Shown here in pieces: positions 1 to 8,865 of a stretch of DNA of 64,000 nucleotides. Source of the stretch: Clostridia bacterium (lineage in GTDB: Bacteria > Bacillota > Clostridia > Oscillospirales > Acutalibacteraceae); the NCBI GenBank assembly GCA_024692685.1, contig JAILMJ010000002.1, positions 2,261 to 66,260 of the forward strand, written 5' to 3'. The stretch's first letter is position 1. Each line of letters starts with the position of its first letter. Under the pieces are notes generated by a model. That model saw nothing but the letters and a program-made list of their open reading frames with translations. It made no database searches and was not told the DNA's origin. Both the position numbers and the translations under genes were made by a program.

Positions 1-1
1 A

Positions 2-862
2 GTACGGATCCGCCCAGTTATCCATTATAGCTGAGCCGATAAGAACTCTTCGCGGAGCAATGGCTCCCAGCAGAAAATGCTGGTCAAACGGCATCGGCAG
101 ACTTCTGTCGGCGTATTTTTGTCTGTTTTCGCAGAACCAGAAGGGGAAATTCCTGTTCATATCCGCAATGGTTTCCGCGCCTTTACGCTTAATCTGTTCA
201 AATGACGCTCCGCCGCAACCCGAGCAGCTTGATATTGAATACTTGAATCTCTCATCATTGGCTCCGCACCACAGGGCGGTTTTTCCGAGGCGTGAGTGGC
301 CTATGACGGCAACATTGTCAAAGTCAATATCGTTTCTGCCTGTGAGGCAGTCGAGAGCGCGGCTTATTCCGAATGCCCATAGAGATATTTTTCCGTATCC
401 TGTGCCGTCGGACGGTCTTACGTACATTCCCGACAGGCCGTTGCCCATATCGCCGTCATCCGATGTCACATCTTTATAACATATAAGAGCAAGCGCAAAC
501 CCGTTGGCGATTATCTCTTCAAGCGGAAGGTATCTGCCGTAAAGATTGTCAGTGAAATTCATAAACATAAAAAGAAGGTGTTTGCCTTCGGTTGCAGGAG
601 TTATGAGGGAAAAAGGAAAAGAGAAGGTTCCTTTTTCCGTAGGGAAGGACACCTCATATATTTCGTGCTTGGCAAAAGCGGCGCAGCAGCGGTCATCCCC
701 GTCCTTGACATTAAAGACAGTTTCTCCCATCTTTGCCGGCATATAGCCGTATTCTTCCCTTGAAAGGATATCAAGCAGTTCCTTTCGCCTTTCCGGCCAC
801 AGGGAAGTGTCGGTTACCGTCCTGCCGTCATTCATTTTTAATAAACCCGGGTTAAATATCAT
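2..862 (-). CDS. CE15 glucuronoyl esterase-like alpha/beta hydrolase, truncated by the window edge
   Basis: Not in the ORF track; translated by hand from ATG 862 (GGAGTGA upstream): MIFNPGLLKMNDGRTV...GKISLWAFGISRALDCL...VAVIGHSRLGKTALWCGANDERF...SCSGCGG...PFDQHFLLGAIAPR...DNWRDP. GHSRxGK is the CE15 nucleophile motif. Confidence 0.8.
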   Translation of the reverse strand, partial: MIFNPGLLKMNDGRTVTDTSLWPERRKELLDILSREEYGYMPAKMGETVFNVKDGDDRCCAAFAKHEIYEVSFPTEKGTFSFPFSLITPATEGKHLLFMFMNFTDNLYGRYLPLEEIIANGFALALICYKDVTSDDGDMGNGLSGMYVRPSDGTGYGKISLWAFGISRALDCLTGRNDIDFDNVAVIGHSRLGKTALWCGANDERFKYSISSCSGCGGASFEQIKRKGAETIADMNRNFPFWFCENRQKYADRSLPMPFDQHFLLGAIAPRRVLIGSAIMDNWADPY

Positions 863-891
863 AATTCATCACTCCGAACAGGTAAAAATAA

Positions 892-919
892 AGCCTGCCA
901 CCATAAATGACAGCAGGCT
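892..919 (-). terminator. Intrinsic terminator after the 935..1606 gene
   Basis: AGCCTGC-N14-GCAGGCT stem followed by TTATTTTT on the minus strand. Confidence 0.55.
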
Positions 920-934
920 CAGTGTTAATAATAA

Positions 935-1606
935 TTAAAGGCTGATGCCGAGAGCGCCGAGAATCGAGGAACCGATGTCTTTGAGAGCGCCAAGGTCGAA
1001 ACCGGCGAAGATAGCTTTGAGTCCGCCGAGAACTCCGCCCCAGTCGATACCCTTGAACATATTGCCTACCAGATCTTTAACCTGGGAAACAAGAAGATGG
1101 AGATAACCGATTGTGCTGTACTGATCCTTGTAGGGGCACTGTGCTTTGTGAGCATCATACTCAGCCTTGGTGTTGAATGTGCAGGGGCAGCCGGGTACGC
1201 CGTCACCGTCAAGATCAAGATAATCTTCTCCGCTGTAGGGGCAGGCGGCTACGTGATCCTTAACATTTACGTAAGTTGCGCAATGAAGGTTAAAGTTCTT
1301 TTCGTTTTTGAATTTAGCGCCGCAGTAGTAGCAAACAAGGTTTGCTGCGCCTGCATTGCCCATAAACTTTGAATACTGATCGCAGGAAACAAGATGAGCG
1401 GCGTAATCAGCTGAATCGGCGCAGACCTTTCCGCAGTATTCGCAGGTTTTGTTGGTGTTGTAGTTTACATTGATGGTGTCGGGTAAAGTGTTGACCACCT
1501 GAACATTGTTTTCGTTTGCTTCGGCATTTGCATCTGCCGCATTAACGGCTACCATACAGGAGAGAGCAAACAGCACTGCAAACATTACAGCAAGAGTCTT
1601 TTTCAT
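935..1606 (-). CDS. Exported hypothetical protein with three zinc-finger-like motifs
   Basis: Signal peptide MKKTLAVMFAVLFALSCMVAVNA; two CxxC-x12-H motifs and one C-x17-C-x12-H-x3-C motif; Gly/Leu-rich amphipathic C-terminus; AAGGA RBS. Confidence 0.8.
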   Translation of the reverse strand: MKKTLAVMFAVLFALSCMVAVNAADANAEANENNVQVVNTLPDTINVNYNTNKTCEYCGKVCADSADYAAHLVSCDQYSKFMGNAGAANLVCYYCGAKFKNEKNFNLHCATYVNVKDHVAACPYSGEDYLDLDGDGVPGCPCTFNTKAEYDAHKAQCPYKDQYSTIGYLHLLVSQVKDLVGNMFKGIDWGGVLGGLKAIFAGFDLGALKDIGSSILGALGISL

Positions 1607-1665
1607 AGATATTGACCGTCCTTCTCAAAATATTGCATCGCTTTTTTGATGCTGTTACGAAATAA

Positions 1666-1694
1666 ATAATATCACTTATAATTAAGGATGTCAA
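1666..1694 (-). promoter_or_regulatory. SigA-type promoter for the 935..1606 gene
   Basis: Minus strand TTGACA (1694-1689), 17 bp, TATTAT (1671-1666). Confidence 0.65.
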
Positions 1695-1782
1695 CACAAT
1701 TTGTTCAAAAACTATATTATTTTTCTTAAAATTTATACGATATTTAGTGGTCGCGGGTTGTTTCGGGCCATAAATGTGCGCA

Positions 1783-3984
1783 TCATTCAAATGCTTTGAA
1801 CCTGTTCAGACGCAGAGCATTTGTGACCACAAAGAAGCTGGACAGGCTCATGGCGGCCGCGCCTATCGCCGGGCTCAATTCCCAACCCGTGAAGGGAATG
1901 AAAACTCCTGCTGCGAGAGGAATGCAGATGCTGTTATAAAGAAAAGCCCAGAACAGGTTTTGTTTTATGATTTTCAGCACGGCTTTTCCGAGCTTGACGG
2001 CAGTGGCGGCATCGTTGAGACTTGAATTCATAAGAACGGCGTCTGCGGAGTCTATAGCAATATCTGTGCCCGCTCCTATGGCCATACCCACATCTGCGCT
2101 TGCAAGCGCGGGGGCATCGTTTATTCCGTCGCCTATCATAACAACTTTTCCTTCTTTTCGCATGGCTGAAATGCGGCTTTCCTTGTCATCGGGAAGCACT
2201 TCCGATATAACAGTGTCAATACCTGTTGCTTCGGCAACCGCCGCAGCGGTTTCCTTTTTATCTCCGGTAAGCAATACTGTTTTAAGGCCCATGGCTTTAA
2301 GCCTGTCAATCGCTTCGGCGCTGTCGCGCTTTACAGTATCGGAAACTGCAATCATACCGAGGAGTTTTGCCTCTTTTGACACCCAGATTACGGTTTTTCC
2401 CTGCGAGGCAAAGGCGTTTGCGCGGGAGATTAATTCATCGGGAATACTTGCGATTTCGCTTATATATGAACTGTTTCCGGCTCTGAGCGGAGCACCGTTA
2501 AGCCTTCCTTTAAGTCCTTTTCCGGGTTCCACGGTAAAGCCGTCTATTTCCTTTGTTTCGATTTCTCTTTCAATGCAACAGTCGATTATCGCCCTTGAAA
2601 TCGGATGCTCGCTCATTTTTTCCAGGGCAAACGCATCGGAAAGAAGGTCGTTTTCGCTTTCATTTTCTACGGGTATAATATCTGTGACGGATGGCTTTCC
2701 CTCGGTTACCGTTCCCGTTTTATCCAGCACGGCAATCTGCGCACGGCCTGTTTCTTCAATTGCCGCCGCTGTTTTGAACAGTATCCCCAGTTTTGCACCT
2801 GTTCCGGAGCCTGCCGTAACTGCAACCGGCGTGGCAAGACCGAGCGCGCACGGGCAGCTGATTACAAGCACGCATATTCCTCTTGTCAGCGCATCGGCAA
2901 ACGAGGCACCGATTGCGAGCCAGATTATAAATGTTATAAGGGCAATGATCATAACGCATGGAACAAAAACAGCCGCAACCTTGTCTGCGGTTTTTGAAAT
3001 AGGAGCTTTTCCGCTGCTCGCGTCTTCAACGAGACGGATTATTTTTGACAGGGTCGTGTTTTCTGCTGTCCGTGTGGCGCGGCATTCGAAATAGCCCGCT
3101 TTGATTATTGTGCCCGCAAAGACTTTCTCACCTTCGGCTTTATCCGCAGGGACGCTCTCGCCTGTAAGCGCGGACTCGTCAATACTCCCGTTACCTTTGA
3201 GTATTTCTCCGTCTGTCGGAATGCTTTCACCGGATCTTATCGCAAAGATGTCTCCTTCAGCAAGTTCCGCGGCAGGGATGCATATCTCTTCACCGTCCCG
3301 GATTACATTTGCAGTTTTCGGCGTCAGGTCGATCAGGGCGTTGACCGCGTTTGTGGTTTTGCCTTTTGACCGGGCTTCCAGGAATTTACCGAGAGTTACG
3401 AGAGTAATTGCCATGGCAGCAGACTCAAAATAGAAGTCGCCGGCTTTTTCACCGGTTGCCAAAGATGTAATGAGAATGTATGTGCTGTATAAAAATGCAG
3501 CTCCCGAACCGATAGCTATCAGAGTATCCATATTCGGGGAAAAATGTATAAGGCCCTTTGTGCCGCTTATGAAATACCTTCTGTTGACAATTATTACGCA
3601 AAGGGCAAGAACGGCTTGAATAACTCCTCCGGTTAAAACCCCGGGCTGCGGAAGACCGATCATACCGCCCATTGAGAAATACATCAGCACTGCAAGAAAA
3701 GAAAGGGAAACCGCCAGACGCCTGAGGATTTTCCTTGATTCCGCTTTATATGTATCATCTCTTTTCGGAGTTTCGATTCTTGATGCGAGTGATGCACCGT
3801 AGCCGATGGATTTAACTGCGGATACAATCTGTTCCTCACTTGCGGTTCCGTCTACTGTCATTGAATTGGCAAGCAGGTTTACCGCGCAGTAGTCCACTCC
3901 TTTAAGACCGGATATTTTCTTTTCAATTCTTGCACTGCACGCAGCGCACGCCATGCCGGTTATATCATACTTTTCCATTTGCAT
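1783..3984 (-). CDS. copA: Copper-translocating P1B-type ATPase
   Basis: N-terminal HMA motif GMACAAC, TGES, CPCALGLA, DKTGT, EHP, GDGINDAP, YN and MSLSS transmembrane motifs typical of Cu(I) exporters. Confidence 0.93.
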   Translation of the reverse strand: MQMEKYDITGMACAACSARIEKKISGLKGVDYCAVNLLANSMTVDGTASEEQIVSAVKSIGYGASLASRIETPKRDDTYKAESRKILRRLAVSLSFLAVLMYFSMGGMIGLPQPGVLTGGVIQAVLALCVIIVNRRYFISGTKGLIHFSPNMDTLIAIGSGAAFLYSTYILITSLATGEKAGDFYFESAAMAITLVTLGKFLEARSKGKTTNAVNALIDLTPKTANVIRDGEEICIPAAELAEGDIFAIRSGESIPTDGEILKGNGSIDESALTGESVPADKAEGEKVFAGTIIKAGYFECRATRTAENTTLSKIIRLVEDASSGKAPISKTADKVAAVFVPCVMIIALITFIIWLAIGASFADALTRGICVLVISCPCALGLATPVAVTAGSGTGAKLGILFKTAAAIEETGRAQIAVLDKTGTVTEGKPSVTDIIPVENESENDLLSDAFALEKMSEHPISRAIIDCCIEREIETKEIDGFTVEPGKGLKGRLNGAPLRAGNSSYISEIASIPDELISRANAFASQGKTVIWVSKEAKLLGMIAVSDTVKRDSAEAIDRLKAMGLKTVLLTGDKKETAAAVAEATGIDTVISEVLPDDKESRISAMRKEGKVVMIGDGINDAPALASADVGMAIGAGTDIAIDSADAVLMNSSLNDAATAVKLGKAVLKIIKQNLFWAFLYNSICIPLAAGVFIPFTGWELSPAIGAAAMSLSSFFVVTNALRLNRFKAFE

Positions 3985-3997
3985 ACCTCATCGTAAA

Positions 3998-4017
3998 ATG
4001 TTATACATGTCTAACAT
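3998..4017. promoter_or_regulatory. Candidate palindromic operator just downstream of the copA -10 box
   Basis: ATGTTATACATGTCTAACAT is a 20-bp inverted repeat with one mismatched pair. Confidence 0.5.
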
Positions 4018-4044
4018 TATAGATTTCCGGCAAGCCTGTGTCAA
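4016..4044 (-). promoter_or_regulatory. Consensus SigA promoter of copA
   Basis: Minus strand TTGACA (4044-4039), 17 bp, TATAAT (4021-4016). Confidence 0.85.
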
Positions 4045-4146
4045 GTGAAGCGTAAGGCGCAAAACCGACAATTTACAAATTGTTCACTTATTTTTGCAGG
4101 GATTTTGAAAAACCGTGTGTATTAATATAGTGAAAGGAGTGAAGAT

Positions 4147-5154
4147 ATGTCTTTCGGAAAGGAATTTACCTATGAAGTAGAGAGAACCATTTTTTCTCCG
4201 TTTGCGGCTTTCTCCGAAAATACAAAGGGCAGAGCAAAGCCCGAAGCTAGAACGGATGAATACCGCACGGATTATCAGCGTGACAGAGACAGGATAATTC
4301 ACTCCGGTGCATTTCGAAGATTAAAGCATAAAACACAGGTTTTTCTTTCACCCGAGGGGGATCATTACCGCACCCGTCTGACCCATACCCTTGAAGTCTC
4401 CCAGATAGCCAGGACCATTGCGAGGGCGCTCAGGCTCAACGAAGACCTGACTGAAGCGATTGCCCTCGGCCACGATCTCGGCCACACTCCCTTCGGTCAC
4501 GCAGGGGAGAGAGCGCTTGCAGGTGTCTGCCCATACGGTTTCAAGCATTACGAGCAGAGTCTGAGGGTAGTTGATAAAATTGAAAAAAACGGCGAAGGGT
4601 TAAACCTGACCTATGAAGTGCGTAACGGAATTGAGAGACACACAAGCGGCGATGACGCATGTACGCTTGAGGGCAGAATTGTACGCCTGGCTGACAGAAT
4701 AGCATATATCAATCATGATATTGACGATGCAGAAAGCGCCGGAATACTCTGCGAGGATGATATACCTACGGAAATACGCGATGTTCTCGGCTATTCCAAG
4801 AGTGAGAGAATAAACACCCTTGTTATGGACTGTATATTGAACAGCAAAGAAAACATCGGGCTTTCCCCGGGAATTCATATGGTTTTTGATATGCTTCATA
4901 ACTTTATGTTTGACAACGTCTATACCAACCCCATCTGTAAGAGCGAAGAAGCAAAGGCGGATTTAATGCTTAAATCGCTTTACGGTTATTTTACCAAGTA
5001 TCCGGAAAAGATGCCCGGTCAGTTTGTCAGAATAGCGAGAACGGAAGGCAGCGAGCTTGCCGCCTGCGATTACATCGCCGGAATGACCGACAGATATGCC
5101 GTTAAGACCTTTAATGACATATATGTCCCCAGGGGCTGGAGCTATACCGATTAA
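4147..5154 (+). CDS. dgt: Deoxyguanosinetriphosphate triphosphohydrolase (HD domain)
   Basis: RDRDRIIHSGAFRRLKHKTQVF, RTRLTHTLEV, ALGHDLGHTPFGHAGE, CDYIAGMTDRYA; usual position upstream of dnaG. Confidence 0.93.
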   Translation: MSFGKEFTYEVERTIFSPFAAFSENTKGRAKPEARTDEYRTDYQRDRDRIIHSGAFRRLKHKTQVFLSPEGDHYRTRLTHTLEVSQIARTIARALRLNEDLTEAIALGHDLGHTPFGHAGERALAGVCPYGFKHYEQSLRVVDKIEKNGEGLNLTYEVRNGIERHTSGDDACTLEGRIVRLADRIAYINHDIDDAESAGILCEDDIPTEIRDVLGYSKSERINTLVMDCILNSKENIGLSPGIHMVFDMLHNFMFDNVYTNPICKSEEAKADLMLKSLYGYFTKYPEKMPGQFVRIARTEGSELAACDYIAGMTDRYAVKTFNDIYVPRGWSYTD

Positions 5155-5165
5155 AGAGGTTCATT

Positions 5166-5924
5166 ATGAAAAGATTGACAATGACAGTAACGGCGCTATG
5201 TATAACAGCCGTTTTGATGACATTTTTCCTGTTGCCCATCGGAGCGGTAACAACTACTTCCCGCCAGTCCAGGGAAACGGAAAGCGCTTCGCAGGAAAGC
5301 GTTTCGCAGGAAAGCACAGAATCAACTGCCGCAAGTGACAGCACGGCAGAGAGCCTTACGCCGTCGAATAACCGGCAGTCGGGCAGAACCCCTCCCACTG
5401 CCGCACCCCGTGAACCCCATACGGCGATAAACCCCTCCGATGCCGTCACCTCTACAACGGGTAATGAGGACAGCAGTACTTCACAGACCGATACCTCAAC
5501 CACACAGGCGGATTCAAGTACAACTTCCGGTGATTTGTCTTCGACAACTGCTCCCAGTGTGCCCACGACAACCAAGGCGTACGATATGACAACTTACAGG
5601 TCCCAGGAAGAACCCTTAACAGGTGACAGACCGTCTTATACCACCGTTTCGGAAACATACGAGGATATTCCTGTTTACACAGATGATGTTCAGATAACTT
5701 ACGAAACCTATCCGGATTCTGATACAAGCAGTATGCAGGACACCGGTGTTTATGTCGACCCCGGTTACTACTCCGGTGATGAGAGCTCGTCTCAGGATGT
5801 AATTCAGCCGGAGAAGCCTGTCAGGGAGAGCAAAACCCTTTATGCCATACTCGGCTCGGCTGTGGGCATTCTTCTTCTGGTTTCCGCATCTTCATTCATC
5901 TACTACAGAAAATCCTTAAAATAA
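5166..5924 (+). CDS. Ser/Thr-rich surface protein with signal peptide and C-terminal membrane anchor
   Basis: Hydrophobic N-terminus, long S/T/E/D low-complexity body, C-terminal hydrophobic helix then YYRKSLK; GAGG RBS. Confidence 0.75.
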   Translation: MKRLTMTVTALCITAVLMTFFLLPIGAVTTTSRQSRETESASQESVSQESTESTAASDSTAESLTPSNNRQSGRTPPTAAPREPHTAINPSDAVTSTTGNEDSSTSQTDTSTTQADSSTTSGDLSSTTAPSVPTTTKAYDMTTYRSQEEPLTGDRPSYTTVSETYEDIPVYTDDVQITYETYPDSDTSSMQDTGVYVDPGYYSGDESSSQDVIQPEKPVRESKTLYAILGSAVGILLLVSASSFIYYRKSLK

Positions 5925-5963
5925 TATATCCTTGCACCGGGCTTTATAAGTGAGGTGAAGCCA

Positions 5964-7703
5964 ATGGCCGTAAGCAAGGCGTTCATCCAGGATCTGCACG
6001 ACAGACTCAGAATAGAGGATGTTGTATCATCCTATGTCAATCTGACCCGAGCGGGTAAAAATATGAAGGGACTTTGCCCCTTCCACAATGAAAAGACAGC
6101 GTCTTTCACCATATTTCCCGATACCAATTCTTTTTATTGTTTTGGCTGTGGTGCCGGGGGAGATGTGATTAACTTCATAATGAGGATGGAAAATCTTGAT
6201 TATGTTGAGGCGCTCAAACGCGGAGCGGACCTCGCGGGCATCTCAATGCCGGATGACGGTTACGATGATTCCTACGCAAAGATAAGGCTGAGAATTCTGA
6301 GCGCCAACAGAGAGGCGGCAAGGTTCTTCAATTCCGAACTGTATAAAAAAGAAAATGCGCACGCACTGGAGTATTACGCGAAGCGCGGGCTCAGTGTAAA
6401 AACCATAACTCACTTTGGTCTGGGTTATGCGCCGGATGACTGGCACGCTCTTACGAATTACCTGAAAAGCAAGGGCTATACGGAGCAGGATCTGGTTCTC
6501 GCCAATCTTGCCAGACGGCGCGACGGAAAATCAGGCTGCTATGACAATTTCAGAAACAGAATTATGTTTCCGATTATAGACCTGCGCGGCAATGTCGTAG
6601 CTTTCAGCGGAAGAGTGCTTGACGATTCAAAACCCAAATATGTCAACACTTCCGATACCCCGGTTTACAAGAAAGGTAACGTAATTTTCGGGCTGAATTT
6701 TGCAAAAAACAATTCCGAAAAAAAGCTGATAGTCGTTGAAGGTCAGATGGATGTCATTGCGCTTCATCAGGCAGGTTTCACGAACGCAGTTGCCTGTCTC
6801 GGCACAGCGTTTACTTCGGAGCAGGCAAACATCCTGTCAAGATATGCGGATGAGGTTCTGATTTGCTATGATAACGATGAAGCGGGAAAAAAGGCAACGG
6901 CGAGAGTGCTTTCCATCCTGAATAACACCGGCATCAGAACCAAGGTTATCAATATGGAGGGCGGTAAGGATCCCGATGAGATAATCCGTAATTACGGCAG
7001 AGAGAGATTTATTTCCCTGATTGAAGGAGCGGCAAACAGAGTTGAATATGCCCTCAATGAGCAGATGAGGCATTTTGATATCAGAACCGATGACGGTAAA
7101 GCCAAATTCCTGTCGTCTGCCGCGGAAATTCTTGCAGGCTGTTCTCCGGTTGAAAGGGATATATATTCATTGCGCCTTTCAAATGAATTCGGCATCAGCA
7201 AAGAGGCGCTTGAAGGTCAAATCAAGATGGCCTACGGAAAATTGAGAAAGCGGCGGAAAGCCGAACGCGAAAGAGACGAGTTCGAAGTAATAACGAACAG
7301 CTTTGAGGATAAAAACAATCCTCAGAAAGCCGGTAATCTGAGGGCGGCAAAAGCGGAAGAAAGGCTTATAACTTCCCTGATGAAAAACCCGGCTTTCTAC
7401 AAAGACATCAAAGATAAATTCACCCCGGATGATTTCATTACCGACTTCAACAAAAGAGTAATAACACATTTGATATACCTTATCGAAAACAATTATGCCA
7501 CGACTCCTGCGATGTTCGCATCGGAGTTTTCGGCAGACGAGATGGGTACAATATCGCTTCTTGAAGTAAACGGTGAATTAATCGGAAATACGGTTAAAGA
7601 GTGTGAAGACTGTATCGCCGTCCTAAAGCAGGAGGCGGCAAAAGGAACTGCAAATCCTGCGGAAATGAGCGACGCAGAGTTTCTCAATTCATTTAAGAAA
7701 TAA
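5964..7703 (+). CDS. dnaG: DNA primase
   Basis: CPFHNEKTASF...CFGC zinc domain, TOPRIM VEGQMDV and CYDNDEAG, KDPDE; ATG 5964 chosen for GAGGTG RBS spacing. Confidence 0.97.
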   Translation: MAVSKAFIQDLHDRLRIEDVVSSYVNLTRAGKNMKGLCPFHNEKTASFTIFPDTNSFYCFGCGAGGDVINFIMRMENLDYVEALKRGADLAGISMPDDGYDDSYAKIRLRILSANREAARFFNSELYKKENAHALEYYAKRGLSVKTITHFGLGYAPDDWHALTNYLKSKGYTEQDLVLANLARRRDGKSGCYDNFRNRIMFPIIDLRGNVVAFSGRVLDDSKPKYVNTSDTPVYKKGNVIFGLNFAKNNSEKKLIVVEGQMDVIALHQAGFTNAVACLGTAFTSEQANILSRYADEVLICYDNDEAGKKATARVLSILNNTGIRTKVINMEGGKDPDEIIRNYGRERFISLIEGAANRVEYALNEQMRHFDIRTDDGKAKFLSSAAEILAGCSPVERDIYSLRLSNEFGISKEALEGQIKMAYGKLRKRRKAERERDEFEVITNSFEDKNNPQKAGNLRAAKAEERLITSLMKNPAFYKDIKDKFTPDDFITDFNKRVITHLIYLIENNYATTPAMFASEFSADEMGTISLLEVNGELIGNTVKECEDCIAVLKQEAAKGTANPAEMSDAEFLNSFKK

Positions 7704-7754
7704 TCGGGACGTCGGCGGTAAAATGTGCCGGTCCCGTAAGGTACGGAGGAGAAT

Positions 7755-8840
7755 ATGGAAGAAAATGAAAAAAGGGTAAATCCGTTCAAAATGCTGATTG
7801 AAAAAGGCAAGGCAAACGGCAGACTTACAACTCAGGATATCGATACCGCTATGCTCGAAATGAATATCGAGGTTGAAGCGCTTGATAAGCTCTATGAAAC
7901 CCTCGAGGCCGAAAACATTGAGGTTCTTGACGATATGGCGAGCGGCGACATCGAAAATTTTGATATCGATATCCCCAAGACATCCGAAATGGGTGTGATT
8001 GACGAAAAGAATGTCAACATTGATGACCCCGTCAAGGTTTACCTCAAAGAGATAGGCAAGGTTCCGCTTTTGACCCCCGAGGAAGAAATTGAGCTTGCCA
8101 TAAGAATAGCAGATGACGACAGGCAGGCGAAAAAACGCCTTGCGGAGGCGAACCTGCGCCTTGTTGTCAGCATCGCAAAACGCTATGTGGGCAGGGGAAT
8201 GCAGTTTCTTGATCTTATTCAGGAAGGAAATCTCGGTCTTATCAAAGCGGTTGACAAATTCGATTATACCAAGGGCTTTAAGTTTTCAACATATGCAACC
8301 TGGTGGATAAGGCAGGCAATCACAAGGGCCATAGCCGACCAGGCAAGGACCATAAGAATACCCGTTCATATGGTTGAAACGATAAACAAAGTCAAGAAGA
8401 CTAGCAGTCAGCTTCTCCATAAAAACGGCAGAGATCCCACAGCGGAAGAAATTGCCGAGGAACTCGGAATGACTGCGGAGAAGGTACGCGATATTATGCG
8501 TGTTGCCCAGGAGCCTGTTTCGCTTGAAACTCCCATAGGCGAAGAGGAAGACAGTCACCTCGGTGATTTCATCCCGGACGAAGATGCCCCCTCGCCCTCC
8601 GAGGCAGCCTCAATGATGCTTCTCAAAGAGCAGCTTGATGATGTATTCAAAACTCTCACGCCCAGGGAGGCGCAGGTGCTCAAACTCAGATTCGGTCTTG
8701 AAGGAGGCCATTCGCATACTCTTGAAGAGGTTGGAGCGGAGTTTAATGTAACCCGTGAACGTATCCGTCAGATTGAGGCAAAGGCGCTGCGCAAACTGCG
8801 TCATCCTTCAAGAAGCAAAAAACTCAAGGATTATCTTTGA
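7755..8840 (+). CDS. rpoD: Primary sigma factor SigA/RpoD
   Basis: [68 protein letters not shown]. Confidence 0.98.
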   Translation: MEENEKRVNPFKMLIEKGKANGRLTTQDIDTAMLEMNIEVEALDKLYETLEAENIEVLDDMASGDIENFDIDIPKTSEMGVIDEKNVNIDDPVKVYLKEIGKVPLLTPEEEIELAIRIADDDRQAKKRLAEANLRLVVSIAKRYVGRGMQFLDLIQEGNLGLIKAVDKFDYTKGFKFSTYATWWIRQAITRAIADQARTIRIPVHMVETINKVKKTSSQLLHKNGRDPTAEEIAEELGMTAEKVRDIMRVAQEPVSLETPIGEEEDSHLGDFIPDEDAPSPSEAASMMLLKEQLDDVFKTLTPREAQVLKLRFGLEGGHSHTLEEVGAEFNVTRERIRQIEAKALRKLRHPSRSKKLKDYL

Positions 8841-8865
8841 TAATTAATTTACGGGAGATACAGCA

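Noticed and set aside
60-763. Plus-strand ORFs 60..479, 546..746 and 578..763
   Set aside because: Antisense shadows of the minus-strand CE15-like gene, which has clear motifs and an RBS
1967-3433. Long plus-strand ORFs (375 aa and others) within copA
   Set aside because: Antisense shadows with Ser/Ala-rich nonsense composition and no motifs
5272-5315. Short tandem repeat GAAAGCG(C/T)TTCGCAG, and TEAT-coding repeats at about 10090..10310
   Set aside because: Coding low-complexity repeats in frame with the proteins; no spacers, so not CRISPR or a mobile-element signature
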